A stretch of DNA of 63,750 nt, the filler included, from Octopus bimaculoides (taxonomy: Eukaryota): NCBI RefSeq assembly GCF_001194135.2. It is 6 parts of 6 records of this genome, joined end to end, with 100 filler letters (N's around TTAATTAATTAA, not from the genome) between each part and the next. Parts side by side here need not be neighbours in the genome. Positions count along the whole stretch, not along the records: positions 1 to 23,777 come from NC_068997.1; 5 more parts are not named here. One strand, 5' to 3'. Shown here one piece after another: positions 1 to 13,039 of this stretch. The notes beneath the pieces are model-generated. The model made no database searches and had not been told where the DNA came from. It saw only the letters and a list, made by a program, of their open reading frames with translations. Position 1 is the first letter of the stretch. Every line of letters begins with the position of its first letter. Both the position numbers and the translations under genes were made by a program.

Positions 1-8
1 CTCGTTCT

Positions 9-56
9 GCGCGTGTGAGCGCGTGTGAGCGCGTGTGAGCGCGTGTGAGCGCGTGT
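9..56. repeat. 10-bp tandem repeat (GCGCGTGTGA) x4.8
   Basis: Read directly from the sequence. Confidence 0.9.
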
Positions 57-805
57 ATCTGTGTATCTGTAGTTTTCTCATCCGGAAGACATGCTATTTT
101 CTTTCATTTTCTCTTTCTTTTGTAACAGATGAGAAACTTGAAGCGAGGATTTGTAAGATATTATTAACCAAGACAATAATTGAGCGTTTTTATCAAGTCC
201 TTCGAAGATTGAAAATTCCGTCAAATCTAAAATCAGAAACCTTTAAAATATCAAGCCTTCTAACTTGGATTTACATTACGAATGGTAATATCTATGGCGA
301 GAAAGATAACTGACGAAATATTTTTAATTTCTACCTGATGTAAAGATTTCATGACTTCAAAGTTAGTGAAGTTTGCAATTGGACTTTGGTGCACCATCTA
401 CATCATGTGATATTTTCATTAAATCAAATATAAACGGACTAGACATTGAATTCCCGATACCTGTAATCGAGGGACATAATATATGAACAACTTTTGACAC
501 ATGGGCTGACAGCCAGCGTTTAACTATCCTTAGGAGAATCGGAAGAAATCTCCGTAAGTTTGTATGAATATGCATACAGATATATTCACATATACATTAT
601 GTATTTTCATACACACGAACATATACGCAAACACATACACACCGATGACTTAGACAACGACAAGACAACAATATCTGTGATTAATTTTGATGTCAGAGTG
701 ATTTGAAAATTTTGCCAGAAATTTCACCTTCATTAGCTCTGATGCAATGTGTTCATTGGAATAGGTATGTGAAATGTTTTAAAATGCTATTTGCGATGAA
801 CACCA

Positions 806-806
<1 letters not shown>

Positions 807-854
<48 letters not shown>
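807..854 (+). repeat. Poly(A) tract, 48 nt
   Basis: Read directly from the sequence. Confidence 0.95.
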
Positions 855-855
<1 letters not shown>

Positions 856-1020
856 GATATTTTATACTAAATGGCAAAATCATGAGTAGAATTACACTTC
901 TCTTGAACAATGAAACTCAGCTTTGAGGTGCATATGTGATCATAGACATCGATTCCACTACGCTTGGACACAAACCCATTCATACCATATCTTGGAAATC
1001 GAACTTTTCCACTGTTTACG

Positions 1021-1142
1021 TCACACACACACATACACACACACACTCCCATATGCGTATGCATACACACACACATATATATATGTGATTAACAGTTCCG
1101 TTATTGGTGAGAAACTTAGATTCTCAATGTTGATATGTATAT

Positions 1143-1174
<32 letters not shown>

Positions 1175-1488
1175 GCACACATACACAGTTGTTAATTTGT
1201 TNNNNNNNNNNATATATATATATATATATATATGCACACATACACAGTTGTTAATTTGTTGTGATTTTAAAGGAATGTGAAGAATAACAACAGTATATTT
1301 TCCACTGAGGACTCATTACTTAAAGTAAACTGAAATTTTGATTAGAGTAGCAAGTACAAGCTAGCCGGTGTCTCAAGCAACTCAACGGCTAAAGTGAACT
1401 GCAACTTCTGCTAGGTGAACTTCGTGTCCCGTTGAAAGTAATTTTACACACACACACACATACATAGATATAGATATATACATATACA

Positions 1489-1524
<36 letters not shown>

Positions 1525-2947
1525 CATATATATATGCATATAATATATACAAAATATATACGCTAATATATATATGCCTAATCTATATATATATATATAT
1601 ATATATATGCATCTGTATATATATACAGATGCATATATACATATATTTATAACTATATTATATATATGTATAAATATACATATGTTTATATATACATATA
1701 TTTATATGTATAAATATACATATATTTATACATACATAATATATATATGTGTAAATATACATATATTTATACATACATACATGATATATATATAGAGAGA
1801 AAGAGAGATACAGATGCATATATACACATATTTACACATATATACTATATATATGTATAAATGTACATATATTTATACATATATAATATATATATATGTA
1901 TAAATATACATACATCATATATATATATATATATATATATACTTACATCATATATATATATATATATATATATNNNNNNNNNNNNNNNNNNNNNNNNNNN
2001 NNNNNNNNNNNNNNNNNNNNNNNNNNNNNNNNNNNNNNNNNNNNNNNNNNNNNNNNNNNNNNNNNNNNNNNNNNNNNNNNNNNNNNNNNNNNNNNNNNNN
2101 NNNNNNNNNNNNNNNNNNNNNNNNNNNNNNNNNNNNNNNNNNNNNNNNNNNNNNNNNNNNNNNNNNNNNNNNNNNNNNNNNNNNNNNNNNNNNNNNNNNN
2201 NNNNNNNNNNNNNNNNNNNNNNNNNNNNNNNNNNNNNNNNNNNNNNNNNNNNNNNNNNNACATATTATGTATGTATGTACGTACGTACGTATGTATGTTT
2301 GTATATATGCATGCATGCATGTATGTATGTATGTATGTATGTATGTATGTATGTATGTATGTATGTATACATATGCATATGAAAACAATTCGGGATCAAC
2401 CTTCCTTTCATTTCGAATTTGAGTTTAAGAAAATATTCTATGCAAGCTCGATTTTTTAATCAAGAAAAAGGAAGAAACTAACTTGAATTTTCAAAAATAA
2501 GCTTAGTATTGTCTTCATTTCGAATCCCCCCCCCCAAATTGTTATTATTATTATTATTACTATTATTATTATTATTATTATTATTATTTTTCATTATCAG
2601 TAATGTGGTGGCAGATTCGTTAGTGCATCGGATAAAATGTTTAACGTAATTTCTTTCGGCTTTTCGTATTGAGTTCTTATGTCACCGAGATCGAATTTGC
2701 ATTCTATTTCTTTTTTTGTTTTTGTTTTTGGTATCCATTAAACAATTACCAACAGAGAACTAGGATCGAAGTAACTGAGTTTCTCCACACATGAAAATTG
2801 CTAGCTTTGTGCCAAGATTTTCGAAGACTGTTTTCATTGAAACTGACTAATCCAATGCAGTTGTTATTCTTTTCAAAATTGAAAACGTTAGTCTCCGGTT
2901 CACAGAAAAGGAATTGGTAAAAATATACAATCCGAATTATATATGAA

Positions 2948-2983
<36 letters not shown>

Positions 2984-3231
2984 TGTATGTATGTATGTAT
3001 GTATGTATGCATGCATGTATGCATGTATGTATGAATGTACGTATGCATAAATGCATGCGAGTATGTATGTATATTTGTATGTGTATATGTGTATATATAA
3101 ATAAATATATATACATATATATATACGTATACACACAAACACACACGCACACACATATATGTATACATATATATGCACAAATATATATATGTATATATAT
3201 ATGCATATATATATACGTGTAAATATATATG

Positions 3232-3290
<59 letters not shown>
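1021..3290. repeat. Compound microsatellite fields: (TA)n, (CA)n, (TATG)n, (TTA)n, (GT)n, with gaps
   Basis: Read directly from the sequence. These fields generate the spurious YIYI/HTHT ORFs. Confidence 0.9.
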
Positions 3291-3292
<2 letters not shown>

Positions 3293-5863
3293 CCTTCCGC
3301 ATGCTTTTCAAACTCTCTGAATACATTTACGTTTATATATATATATTTTTTCCTTAGATTATATTTTATTTCAAGAGAAAATATTATCATGTTTATTATT
3401 ATTTATTTTGAATTTGATTGATATAGTTTTATCTTGTAGTGTTATATTTTTTTTTATTTATTATTATTATTTTGATCTGATACCTTAAATGCGATTTGTA
3501 AAAAGAAGTGTATATAAAAAATAATGTTAAAATCTAGGAATAAATAAAAATGTTTTATAAATAAAAATATCTCAAATTTGTTTGTGCTGTTTTTCAAGGT
3601 GAATTCTTGTCGGTGACGACGATGAACATTCACTTGTCTGACAGATTGAATTCCTACTAATGGAATTTGCCTATAATTAGTACTTCTCCCTATTTCGTAG
3701 ATATATGTAGCATTAATGTAATTTTCAGTCCAAATCAGCATGAAGCAATATTCGACCATCGAAGCCTGGACCTTCGTGATTCCTGTACAATACAGAGAAA
3801 AAAAAAGAGATAGAGGAGAAAAATCGTTGTCGGCGGAAAGTTGTTATTTTATTTATCGACCACAAAAAATAGACGACAGCACTGATCTCGGTAAGATTTG
3901 AAGTTTCATTTCAGAGAGACGAAAGAAACCTCTTTTTCGTCGTTAGAATTCAATTAATTTGCAATTTTCTTATTCTTGAAGAACATGCAGAATCGAAAAA
4001 TGATTATGCTAGCAAAAAGAAAAGCACTCCATATATATGTAGATAAGTTGGTTCAGAATTTTTTTTTTTTAAGTCCTATTGAAATACATTCTATCAGATT
4101 TCTCTTATTTTTATTTTTATTTATTTTTGCAATTTCGTTTTACTTTTTTTTTGAGACTCGGAATTATAAATAAACAAACTTGAAAATGCTTAAATATATT
4201 AAATTTATATGAAGATTTCATTAAAAGAATAAATTGAAGACATTTGAAATGCATGAAATCAGAAAAGTAGCAATATTAAAATTTACAAGTAATATTATCA
4301 ACAGCTTCGGTGATAACATCAACAAACTCAAAAACGAAAAGCAACAAAACATTTGTAAAACTGAAAAAATTAAGAACAACTCCAAATAAAAAGCAATAAG
4401 AGATCCATATTTTTTTTTAATCTGTCAAGCACACACACACAGAAAAATAGCAGAAAAAACAGATATGACAAAATGAACAGTCAGATAAAAAAAATATGCA
4501 AACGGTTTCAGAAATGTAAAAACAAAAAGAACAGAGCGAAAAAAGTCAAAAAGCTTAACATAAATATATTTTAAAAAATACTAAATTACAACAAATTCAA
4601 CATTGAAACTATCAAACAAATTTGAAAGAAAAATACGCAGTAAGTTGTGTTTTCACTGAAAACTACAAAATGGCGTCTTTACAAGAGGTTTCCTTTGAAA
4701 ATGTTACATTGAAAATATATTTTGCCTGTAGATATAGCTATTGACAGAATGTGAGATATCTTCACATTTTCTGAACACATAGAGATGGTGTTGGAAATAG
4801 ATTTCAAATAAAACTGACCTGTTACTCTTCTTATGTTGCGTCGAAATTCAGCCATGTTTTATCAACAGCAATGTTTGTTTTTTTTTCCTTCACTGGCGAT
4901 TTATTTATTTATTTGTATGTGTGTGTTTATAAAGAAATGTGACTCTACATTTTCCTTTAAACAAAATATTCAATGTACACTTTAATATGATGATTCTGTC
5001 AAATAGCTAACGGTTCACACCATGCAAATACATTGCCAGACGTTTATGAATTGGTATGACATTGGGACTTGGATATGAAGTAGGTTATATTTCTATTGTG
5101 TGTGAATATATACACATATATACATATATACATACATATATACATACATATATATATATACATACATATATATATATANNNNNNNNNNNNNNNNNNNNNN
5201 NNNNNNNNNNNNNNNNNNNNNNNNNNNNNNNNNNNNNNNNNNNNNNNNNNNNNNNNNNNNNNNNNNNNNNNNNNNNNNNNNNNNNNNNNNNNNNNNNNNN
5301 NNNNNNNNNNNNNNNNNNNNNNNNNNNNNNNNNNNNNNNNNNNNNNNNNNNNNNNNNNNNNNNNNNNNNNNNNNNNNNNNNNNNNNNNNNNNNNNNNNNN
5401 NNNNNNNNNNNNNNNNNNNNNNNNNNNNNNNNNNNNNNNNNNNNNNNNNNNNNNNNNNNNNNNNNNNNNNNNNNNNNNNNNNNNNNNNNNNNNNNNNNNN
5501 NNNNNNNNNNNNNNNNNNNNNNNNNNNNNNNNNNNNNNNNNNNNNNNNNNNNNNNNNNNNNNNNNNNNNNNNNNNNNNNNNNNNNNNNNNNNNNNNNNNN
5601 NNNNNNNNNNNNNNNNNNNNNNNNNNNNNNNNNNNNNNNNNNNNNNNNNNNNNNNNNNNNNNNNNNNNNNNNNNNNNNNNNNNNNNNNNNNNNNNNNNNN
5701 NNNNNNNNNNNNNNNNNNNNNNNNNNNNNNNNNNNNNNNNNNNNNNNNNNNNNNNNNNNNNNNNNNNNNNNNNNNNNNNNNNNNNNNNNNNNNNNNNNNN
5801 NNNNNNNNNNNNNNNNNNNNNNNNNNNNNNNNNNNNNNNNNNNNNNNNNNNNNNNNNNNNNNT

Positions 5864-5909
<46 letters not shown>

Positions 5910-6006
5910 TTAATAAATATATTTGTGCATTGGTAGTGGATGGAGTGTTTTTGAGAGAGAAGTCTTCAGAGCTACCTCTACGCATATTAATATGATGGAT
6001 TGTATA

Positions 6007-6615
6007 CAGGGTGTTCAGACTAAATCTGACAATATTTTGTGCCTCCTTTTTTCAGGGACAGCTTGACATATCGGTGAACAGTCAACGGCCTTGGTGAGCG
6101 TAAATACTAGATTTGTGGTTTAGAAAACGTTAACTGACATGGAGAACAGTAGCCATCTGAATATTGGAAGAGAATTTGAGCCGGGTATCAAAATGCTGGC
6201 ATCATGATTGCTGCCCAACGCTCTGTGAACATGGAAAAGACTGTAAAATATGACAGACAGCAGCAACGGAACTTCGGCCAGCGGGAGGGAACGCAGCAGG
6301 CATTCTCACTGCTTCCGCACGCAGGACTTTATCCCACAACTGATGAACAGGATCTTAGGATCAATTCAGACATACATACAGCCGGTGCAGATTATAATCA
6401 ATCCCTACCTGGAGAAGATTGCTGCTGAGAGGTCATATATATGGTCCTAGGATTTGGTTCCTTCGCATACTTCTGACAAAGTCTGAAGTGGTTGTCAGAG
6501 AATTTCTGCTTTACCAGCCAAAGTTTCTAGCCCCCTAAATTCCCCGATTGTAAGCCTGTGGATTACTAAGTGTGGGCGCGTTTGAGAAAGACACCAACTG
6601 CTCTACCTACGACAT
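6007..6615 (+). mobile_element. Degenerate Tc1/mariner (maT/DD37D-like) transposon fragment
   Basis: TA|CAGGGTG terminus. Decayed catalytic motifs YIWS*DLVPSHTS (cf. WQQDSAPSH) and PLNSPDCKPVDY*VW (cf. PPNSPDLNPLDYSVW). Confidence 0.7.
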
Positions 6616-6993
6616 ATATATATGTATGTATATGTGTGTGTGTGCGTATAGTTAGTAAACTGGCAGAGTGACTGCATGACTTTATAAAAGATAGACGTCA
6701 AGCAGATGCAGCTAATGATACCTTCTCTCAGAGAACACAAATTCTGTGTCACGTCCTCCAGGGAACTATCTTCGAGGCATTACTATTCATAATTGCTCAC
6801 TCGGACATGCCCATTGTCATTCACACGGCCACTGTCACTAGCTGCGCCGGTGATAAAAAAATTATCACAGGCAATAAAGAAACCAGACAGTGTCACATAC
6901 TTACTCCGTGACTTTAATGCATTATACAAATGGGCTGAAGAAAATAATAAGCACTTTAATGCTGGAAAATTTCTAGCACATCGCTATCACCTC

Positions 6994-7063
<70 letters not shown>

Positions 7064-7774
7064 AAATGTGTTGTTGAAAATGCACTTAAATTTCAAAAGC
7101 TCGTAAATGTTTAAAATACATTTATTTACATATATACCAAACTAGTTTCAACAATATTCTTTTTGTTTATCAATGGTAAAAGTTTTAAATTAGAAAAACA
7201 TCGTTCAAAGTTTCAATGTTGACAAATCAAAATGTTTCAATGTTGACAAACTAAAATGTTTCAATGTTGATAAATTATCATGTTCAAAACAGAAGGTGTA
7301 AGTTTGAAATTAAAACTGCATATCAATTTGTTAGAATGTACAAGGTTCATTAATTTCAGTGGTAATCGACATGTCATACCGAAAAAAACAAGTGTGAGAA
7401 TTAAAATAGTAAAAAAGGGAATTGGGTTTACGGTTTCTCAGATCTTCTTTGAATAGTCCCTTTCGCTTCTAATGGTATGTTTAAGGATCAGATGTATTTA
7501 TAATTTTTTTTTTCTGCGAGCGGATCTGATTTTTGATTCGTTGAAAAATTGATGACGTTTTTCTTCCGTGGTCAAGCTTGTCATTCTGCTTAGTTGGTTT
7601 CCTTGTGGATGCGGTTATAGGTCGTTCCGGTTGTGAAATTTATGCAATTAAAAGTGAAATTTATGTAATTAAAACCCGTTAGTTGTGAGAATAATCAAAT
7701 TTTGTTCCAAGAATCTAAACATGTTTGTGACATTCTTTCGAATGTGTTCGTGTGTGTGTGTGTGTGTGAGTGTG

Positions 7775-7839
<65 letters not shown>

Positions 7840-8391
7840 TTTAACTTCACTCGATGATTGGATCCTGTTTTGTGAGTTACAGAATCTTGCTGAGTGCGGA
7901 ACAACCTTTTAGCCTCTAGTGTTCTGAGGTGTACTATGACCCGGAGTACCGGAGCAGTAGCACCACTTGTTAGTGGCTCTGATATTAGCATATTTGAATG
8001 TCACAGAATTGCTTCCAGAAAAAGATCATTCACAAATACCGCCAATAGTACCAGAGCAAATGAGGATTACACCGACTAGACTGGGCAAAAGGACGCCCAC
8101 TATAGTAATATTCATAGCACTGCTTGTTCAGCAAACCAAGACACAGGCAATAACACAACCACAGTCTTTTTCTAAGCCCCAGGCAATATGGAAAGTTGTG
8201 TCGGATACCGGTAGAAGATGCTACTGGAAGTCTTCAGCTTAGATTCACACGGAGGCGGCTATAAGGTGGAAAAAGGAAATTCCAGTTCGGTCTTACCGAC
8301 CTCTCATACGTCGAAGTGTCGAGAGAGTCCATCATACATGCATAAAGACATACATACACACACGCATATATTTATGTATGTGTGTATTTGT

Positions 8392-9316
8392 TTGTAACAT
8401 AAATGGCGCGAGACCAGAGTGTCGTTGCTGAGTCTAATGTCTCGTAGGTGCTCCGCGAACCGGTCAGCCAAGCGGTGTCCCGTTTGACCGATATACAGAG
8501 AAGGACAGAAAGAGCAGGGGATGCAGTACATGCCGTTGCTAGAAGTACATGTAAAGGAGTCAGTGATATCATAGTAACGACGATAGGTATCAGTGACGAT
8601 GGTAGTGTAGGAGATGTGGGGGCAAGTGTGGCAGCATGGGCGGGAGCAGGCGGATGAGCCAGGTTAGGAGGTGGGGTTAGGGAAGAAACTGTAGACCAGA
8701 AGGTCACATAGGTTGTGGGCTCGTTTGAAGGAGGTGAGAGATAGGCTGGAGATGATGTGCGAAATGGATGAGACGGACTGGAGTCGTCAGAAGGCTCGGA
8801 GAATGATACGTTGGAGAGGCAGGGTGGAGGAGTGGTAGAAGAGAGAAATGAGAGACGGGTGACGGCGGAGTGGGTGCGTGGAGAGAGAGCAGAAGCACGG
8901 CCCACGGAGCATGCTCTGGCAAGGGCAGTGTGGATAGTGCTGAGGGGATATCCACGAAGGATGAAGTGGTGGACCATGAGTTGAGACTGAGTCTCAAAGT
9001 CATGGTTGTCACTGCAGGGCCTGCGCAGAAGGAGGAATTGGGAGTAGGGGATGGAGAGCTTGGTGTGGGTAGGGTTGGAGGAGGAGAAGTTGAGGTGCGA
9101 GTGTGCGTCGATGTGTTTATAGTGGATGGAGGTAGTGAGACTGGAGTTGTGTATGTTAACCAAAATGTTGAGAAAGGCGATGGAAGTGTTGGAAATGGTA
9201 CAGGAGAATTCGAAGGCAGGATGGAAGGATTGGACAAAAGAGAGGTAGGAGTCTAGTTGTTCGCGGGAGAGCAAGGTCGCACCGATACAGTCATCAATAT
9301 AACGACCGTATAGAAA
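8392..9316 (-). mobile_element. Penelope-like element: RT C-terminal part, Cys linker and GIY-YIG endonuclease (pseudogenised)
   Basis: LYGRYIDDCIG RT motif and IPYSQFLLLRRPCS thumb. CSRPCCHTC linker, then YCIPCSFCPSLYIGQTGHRLADRFAEHLRDI GIY-YIG. RT precedes EN, as in canonical PLEs. Confidence 0.92.
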
Positions 9317-9760
9317 ATTGCTATTTTTAAATATCATAACGTGAGATATTCATCAAGAGTACTTTGTAGTAAAGATTGTTTGCCAACATAACATGGCAGT
9401 CCTGGTTCAGGACTAATGTTGCTGTAATTTATCCCCCAGGAGACATCATCTCCACCTGGTTATACGACATGATCTATATCCTTATATTTTCGAACAAGGG
9501 AATCTTGTACCCCTACTCAGCTCAAAACAATATCTGTGTATCGCGAATTCTGGGTTATTTCCTTTCATCAACATAGAATAATTGTTTGGCTAGAGGTGGC
9601 GCTGCCAAATTCTCGTTCGAAATATATATAGTTTTCAAAGTGACAACTGGTCACTGATTTATAAATTAGAAAAGTACTACTTTTAAATCTCACAACGTGA
9701 GATATTCAGCAACAGTACTTTGGAGTAAAGATTGTTTGCCAACATAACATGGCAGTCCCG

Positions 9761-10020
9761 AGTTCTGTTGGTAAAACTACCCACCGAACGAGAAGCGGTT
9801 GAGGGAGAGAACAAGTTCGGCCAGACAGAGAAGTGTAGACGTGTCAGGTTGGGTGTTGGGTCGAAGGTCTAGGAAGTGTTTGAGGGCAAGAAGTCCTTCG
9901 TGGTGTGGGATCACCGTATATAGAATCTTGATATCAAGAGCGAAGAGAAGTTTAGAGGGGCCAGGAGGGAAGGAGAAAGAGGTGAAAAGATGAAGAGCAT
10001 GGTTAGTGTCGTGGATGTGT
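9761..10020 (-). mobile_element. Penelope-like element RT, upstream part of the same copy
   Basis: LLFALDIKILYTVIPHHEGLLAL...LAELVLSLNRFSFGG*FYQQ corresponds to RT motif A and the approach to motif B. It runs into an N gap. Confidence 0.88.
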
Positions 10021-10121
10021 NNNNNNNNNNNNNNNNNNNNNNNNNNNNNNNNNNNNNNNNNNNNNNNNNNNNNNNNNNNNNNNNNNNNNNNNNNNNNNNN
10101 NNNNNNNNNNNNNNNNNNNNN

Positions 10122-10162
<41 letters not shown>

Positions 10163-10164
<2 letters not shown>

Positions 10165-10921
10165 GTGTGTTTCAAAACAATGGATAACATTTCGCAGTTT
10201 AATAACTTTGCCAGTTTTTGTTCAAATCACTTCAAATTTTATCAGCATGTGTAGAAACAGGTCAATATTTTGTTTAATCGTTGGTATGTTTGTCTTTTCA
10301 GGTATAGAAATGGCATTCATTGGAAGAGAAAAGGCATTTTGTGTTGGAGCAATGCAGATTTGGACTTAGCAGAAGGAATTTAAAGAGGAATGCTGTCTGA
10401 GCAGGGAAAAAAGATCTGGACGACCACTAACATCAGAAGAAACAGTCGAGCGGGTTCGCGAAAAACTCTTGCGAAGCACCAAGTCCATAAGAAGAACAAT
10501 TCTGGAAACCAGATTCCTCCAACGACAGTTTGGCACGTCCTGAGGAACTGCTTGCTAATGAAACCCTACAAGCTGCACATGGGGCTATGTGAAGAGCTAT
10601 GCGCCCCCTCTTCCTGCAAACCTAGCGAAATTCGAGCAGATAATCACTATCGCATTGAAGACTGTTACCCAAGACATGCTGCAGCGTGTTTGGGAGGAGC
10701 TGAACTACCGACTTGACGTGTGCTGTCTTTCAGCTGGTGCGCTTATTGAACATTTGTGAAATCGTTCATGGAATCTACATACCTTTGAATTTCTCATACA
10801 TATTTGGAGGAATAAATCTTACGTTGCTTAACATTAAGCCTGTTTAGTTTCATTTGCTTTGGGTATGTAGTTTCTGTGATATTTACATCTCAAATGATAT
10901 CTAATTTGTTGAAACACCCTG
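10163..10921 (+). mobile_element. Internally deleted Tc1/mariner (rosa/DD41D-like) element
   Basis: Imperfect TIRs CAGTGTGTTTCAAAACAATGGATAACATTT and rc CAGGGTGTTTCAACAAATTAGATATCATTT. Fragments SGRPLTSEETVERVRE, IPPTTVWHVLRNCLLMKPYKLH and DMLQRVWEELNYRLDVC...ALIEHL*. Confidence 0.8.
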
Positions 10922-11964
10922 TATATACACACACACACACGCATACATATATATATATACACACATATATACATACATACATACATATATACATGCATCC
11001 ATTTATATATATATATATATATATATATCTTTTGTTTATATTCGATTACTTTGCTGTGTTGCTTTAACCGAATTCGTCTGTTACTCTTGCGCACTTAAGG
11101 ATCCAATAATTCGAGGAAATACCATTCGTCTTTATCCTTTCCATTTAATTAGGCTGATTGAAATATTTCCTTCGTATGTACCATGCTTTTGGAACTTCAA
11201 ATGAATGACATTTCTGCAGAACTGTGAGCATCTGCTAAGTTCAGCTGTTACTGCTATCTTATAAAGAAGTGGTAAAAAACATTTTAATTCGACCATATTT
11301 TCAGGAAACGTCTAGAAAATATCTAATTTATCATATTTTATTTTACACTATTTTAATAATTATATTTTCTGTCCAAAAAATTTTTAATGCGTTAATTTTC
11401 TTTTTAAGCTAAGTCACCTTCGAGACTCCATTAATATGAGATGCAAAGAAAAAATTAGATGAAAGTTTGTCATAAAGAATTCAACTACTTTGTTAACGTA
11501 TCAAATACTTGTAATAGATATTACTTATACATATGTGCATGCATAAGATTTATACATGCGTGTACAAAAGTGTACATATATGCACATACACATGTGTGTA
11601 TGTAACTTTTCGAAAATCACGTTTTTTCATTGACACGATCTTACAAGTATGGTTGGTTTAAAACAGCCTTCCACTTGTAATGGCGTCTTCTCATTCTGAT
11701 TGAAAGAAAAAATATTTCTGACATTTTCTTTTATTTATTTGTTATTTATATATTCAGAGATCAAATTACAGTTAACATAAAGCCTTGTGGGTGGGTGTTT
11801 GGTTGGATATTGGAGTCTGTACTCATTGCAACGATGAATGTTCCATAGACAAATCTAGGATGCTGTCTTGGAGAAATTGAATCAAGGATTTATGGTGAAT
11901 TCTCTTTATGTTATCGCTATCATCATTATTATTATTATTGTTGTCGTTGTTGTTGTTGTTGCTG

Positions 11965-12500
11965 CTGATTGAGAGAGCAGTGCAGCCATCAAAGTGACAA
12001 TGGGATAAAATATACGAAGCTCCATATACCCATGATGGCTACCCGTCTGATAAGGGTACACCAGGCATATGCATCACAACTATATGTACGCGACAGGGGG
12101 ATCTCGTATCAAGATAAATATCCCATGACCTTCCAGGACGGACCCAGTTAGAATTTTCTTCGGGTTTAGTAGCCTATCCCACTCAAAAGGTCCCTGAACA
12201 AGGGCTGCTTCAGGATGGTGAACAAAACACCTACATTTCCAGAGGTGAATTTATCCAGACCCCAAAGGATTCCTCTTAACACATGGCTATGATGCTCCCC
12301 CACTATTTCTGTTCATGCTCAGAAGTACACATATCATCAACCACGATGAGACATGCTCAACTGGTAGAGGTCAAACAACTGACAAGCAATTCTGTGGTAT
12401 TTGCTGTAGCCTCACTTTTATACCAAGACAAAACATGTACATGATAGCACTTCCAATCAGTTAAGATCAGAAACCATGAGAACCAGAGCCTGCATCATCA
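11965..12500. repeat. Interspersed non-coding repeat (probable LINE UTR or SINE-like family)
   Basis: GC-richer block between microsatellites with no ORF. Recognised only as a repeat type. Confidence 0.4.
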
Positions 12501-12527
12501 TTGTTATTATTATTATTCCTTTTTATC

Positions 12528-12812
12528 ACAGGTTTTGTTGGTCAAAGGGCATGTAGCATCAACTATATAGCACATGTGGTGCGTCTTGTCGACCACCACT
12601 AGGTCCGGTCTGTTATGGTCTAGCACCTGATCTGTTTGCATTAGCAAATCCCAGAGAATTTTGCTAGTCTCCGACTCTGCTACTTTCTACGGTTTGTGTT
12701 CATACAACGTCTTGTCTCTCTCTAGCCCCCACTTTTTGCACATTTTCCAATGTAGCACTTTAGCTACCTGATCATATCGCCACAACTTGTAGTGGTTTTA
12801 GGCAAGTCTAAG
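12528..12812 (-). mobile_element. R4/Dong-like non-LTR retrotransposon, restriction-like endonuclease region
   Basis: RYDQVAKVLHWKMCKKWG...KILWDLLMQTDQVLDHNRPDLVVVDK...CYIVDATCP contains the RHD..H and PD..D motifs. It abuts a (TTA)n array. Confidence 0.85.
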
Positions 12813-12815
12813 AGC

Positions 12816-12881
<66 letters not shown>

Positions 12882-13039
12882 GAAAATTCAACTTTACGAT
12901 GGAAGTAAACAAACAAAGTTTGTCCTTTTTTTTTAGAAGCGTTGAGATGTATTGTAAGATACAGAATTAAATGCGTTGATTATATAGCTTTTCTATGCCA
13001 GATTTTGCGTGGTGCATCCTAAATTTTGTTATTATTTTC

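Noticed and set aside
363-575. 70-aa minus ORF and a plus-strand frame with an in-frame TGA ending at a gtaagt donor
   Set aside because: No recognisable protein or SECIS, and the splice signals conflict. Not supportable.
1141-1260. Duplicated ~45-bp sequence on both sides of a 9-N gap
   Set aside because: Typical unmerged contig overlap, so an assembly artefact.
7196-7275. About 24-bp unit x3 (aaatgtttcaatgttgacaaa)
   Set aside because: A simple minisatellite with no spacers, so not CRISPR-like.
8704-9256. Ser/Pro/Thr-rich and Gly/Glu-rich ORFs
   Set aside because: Alternative or antisense frames of the Penelope RT.
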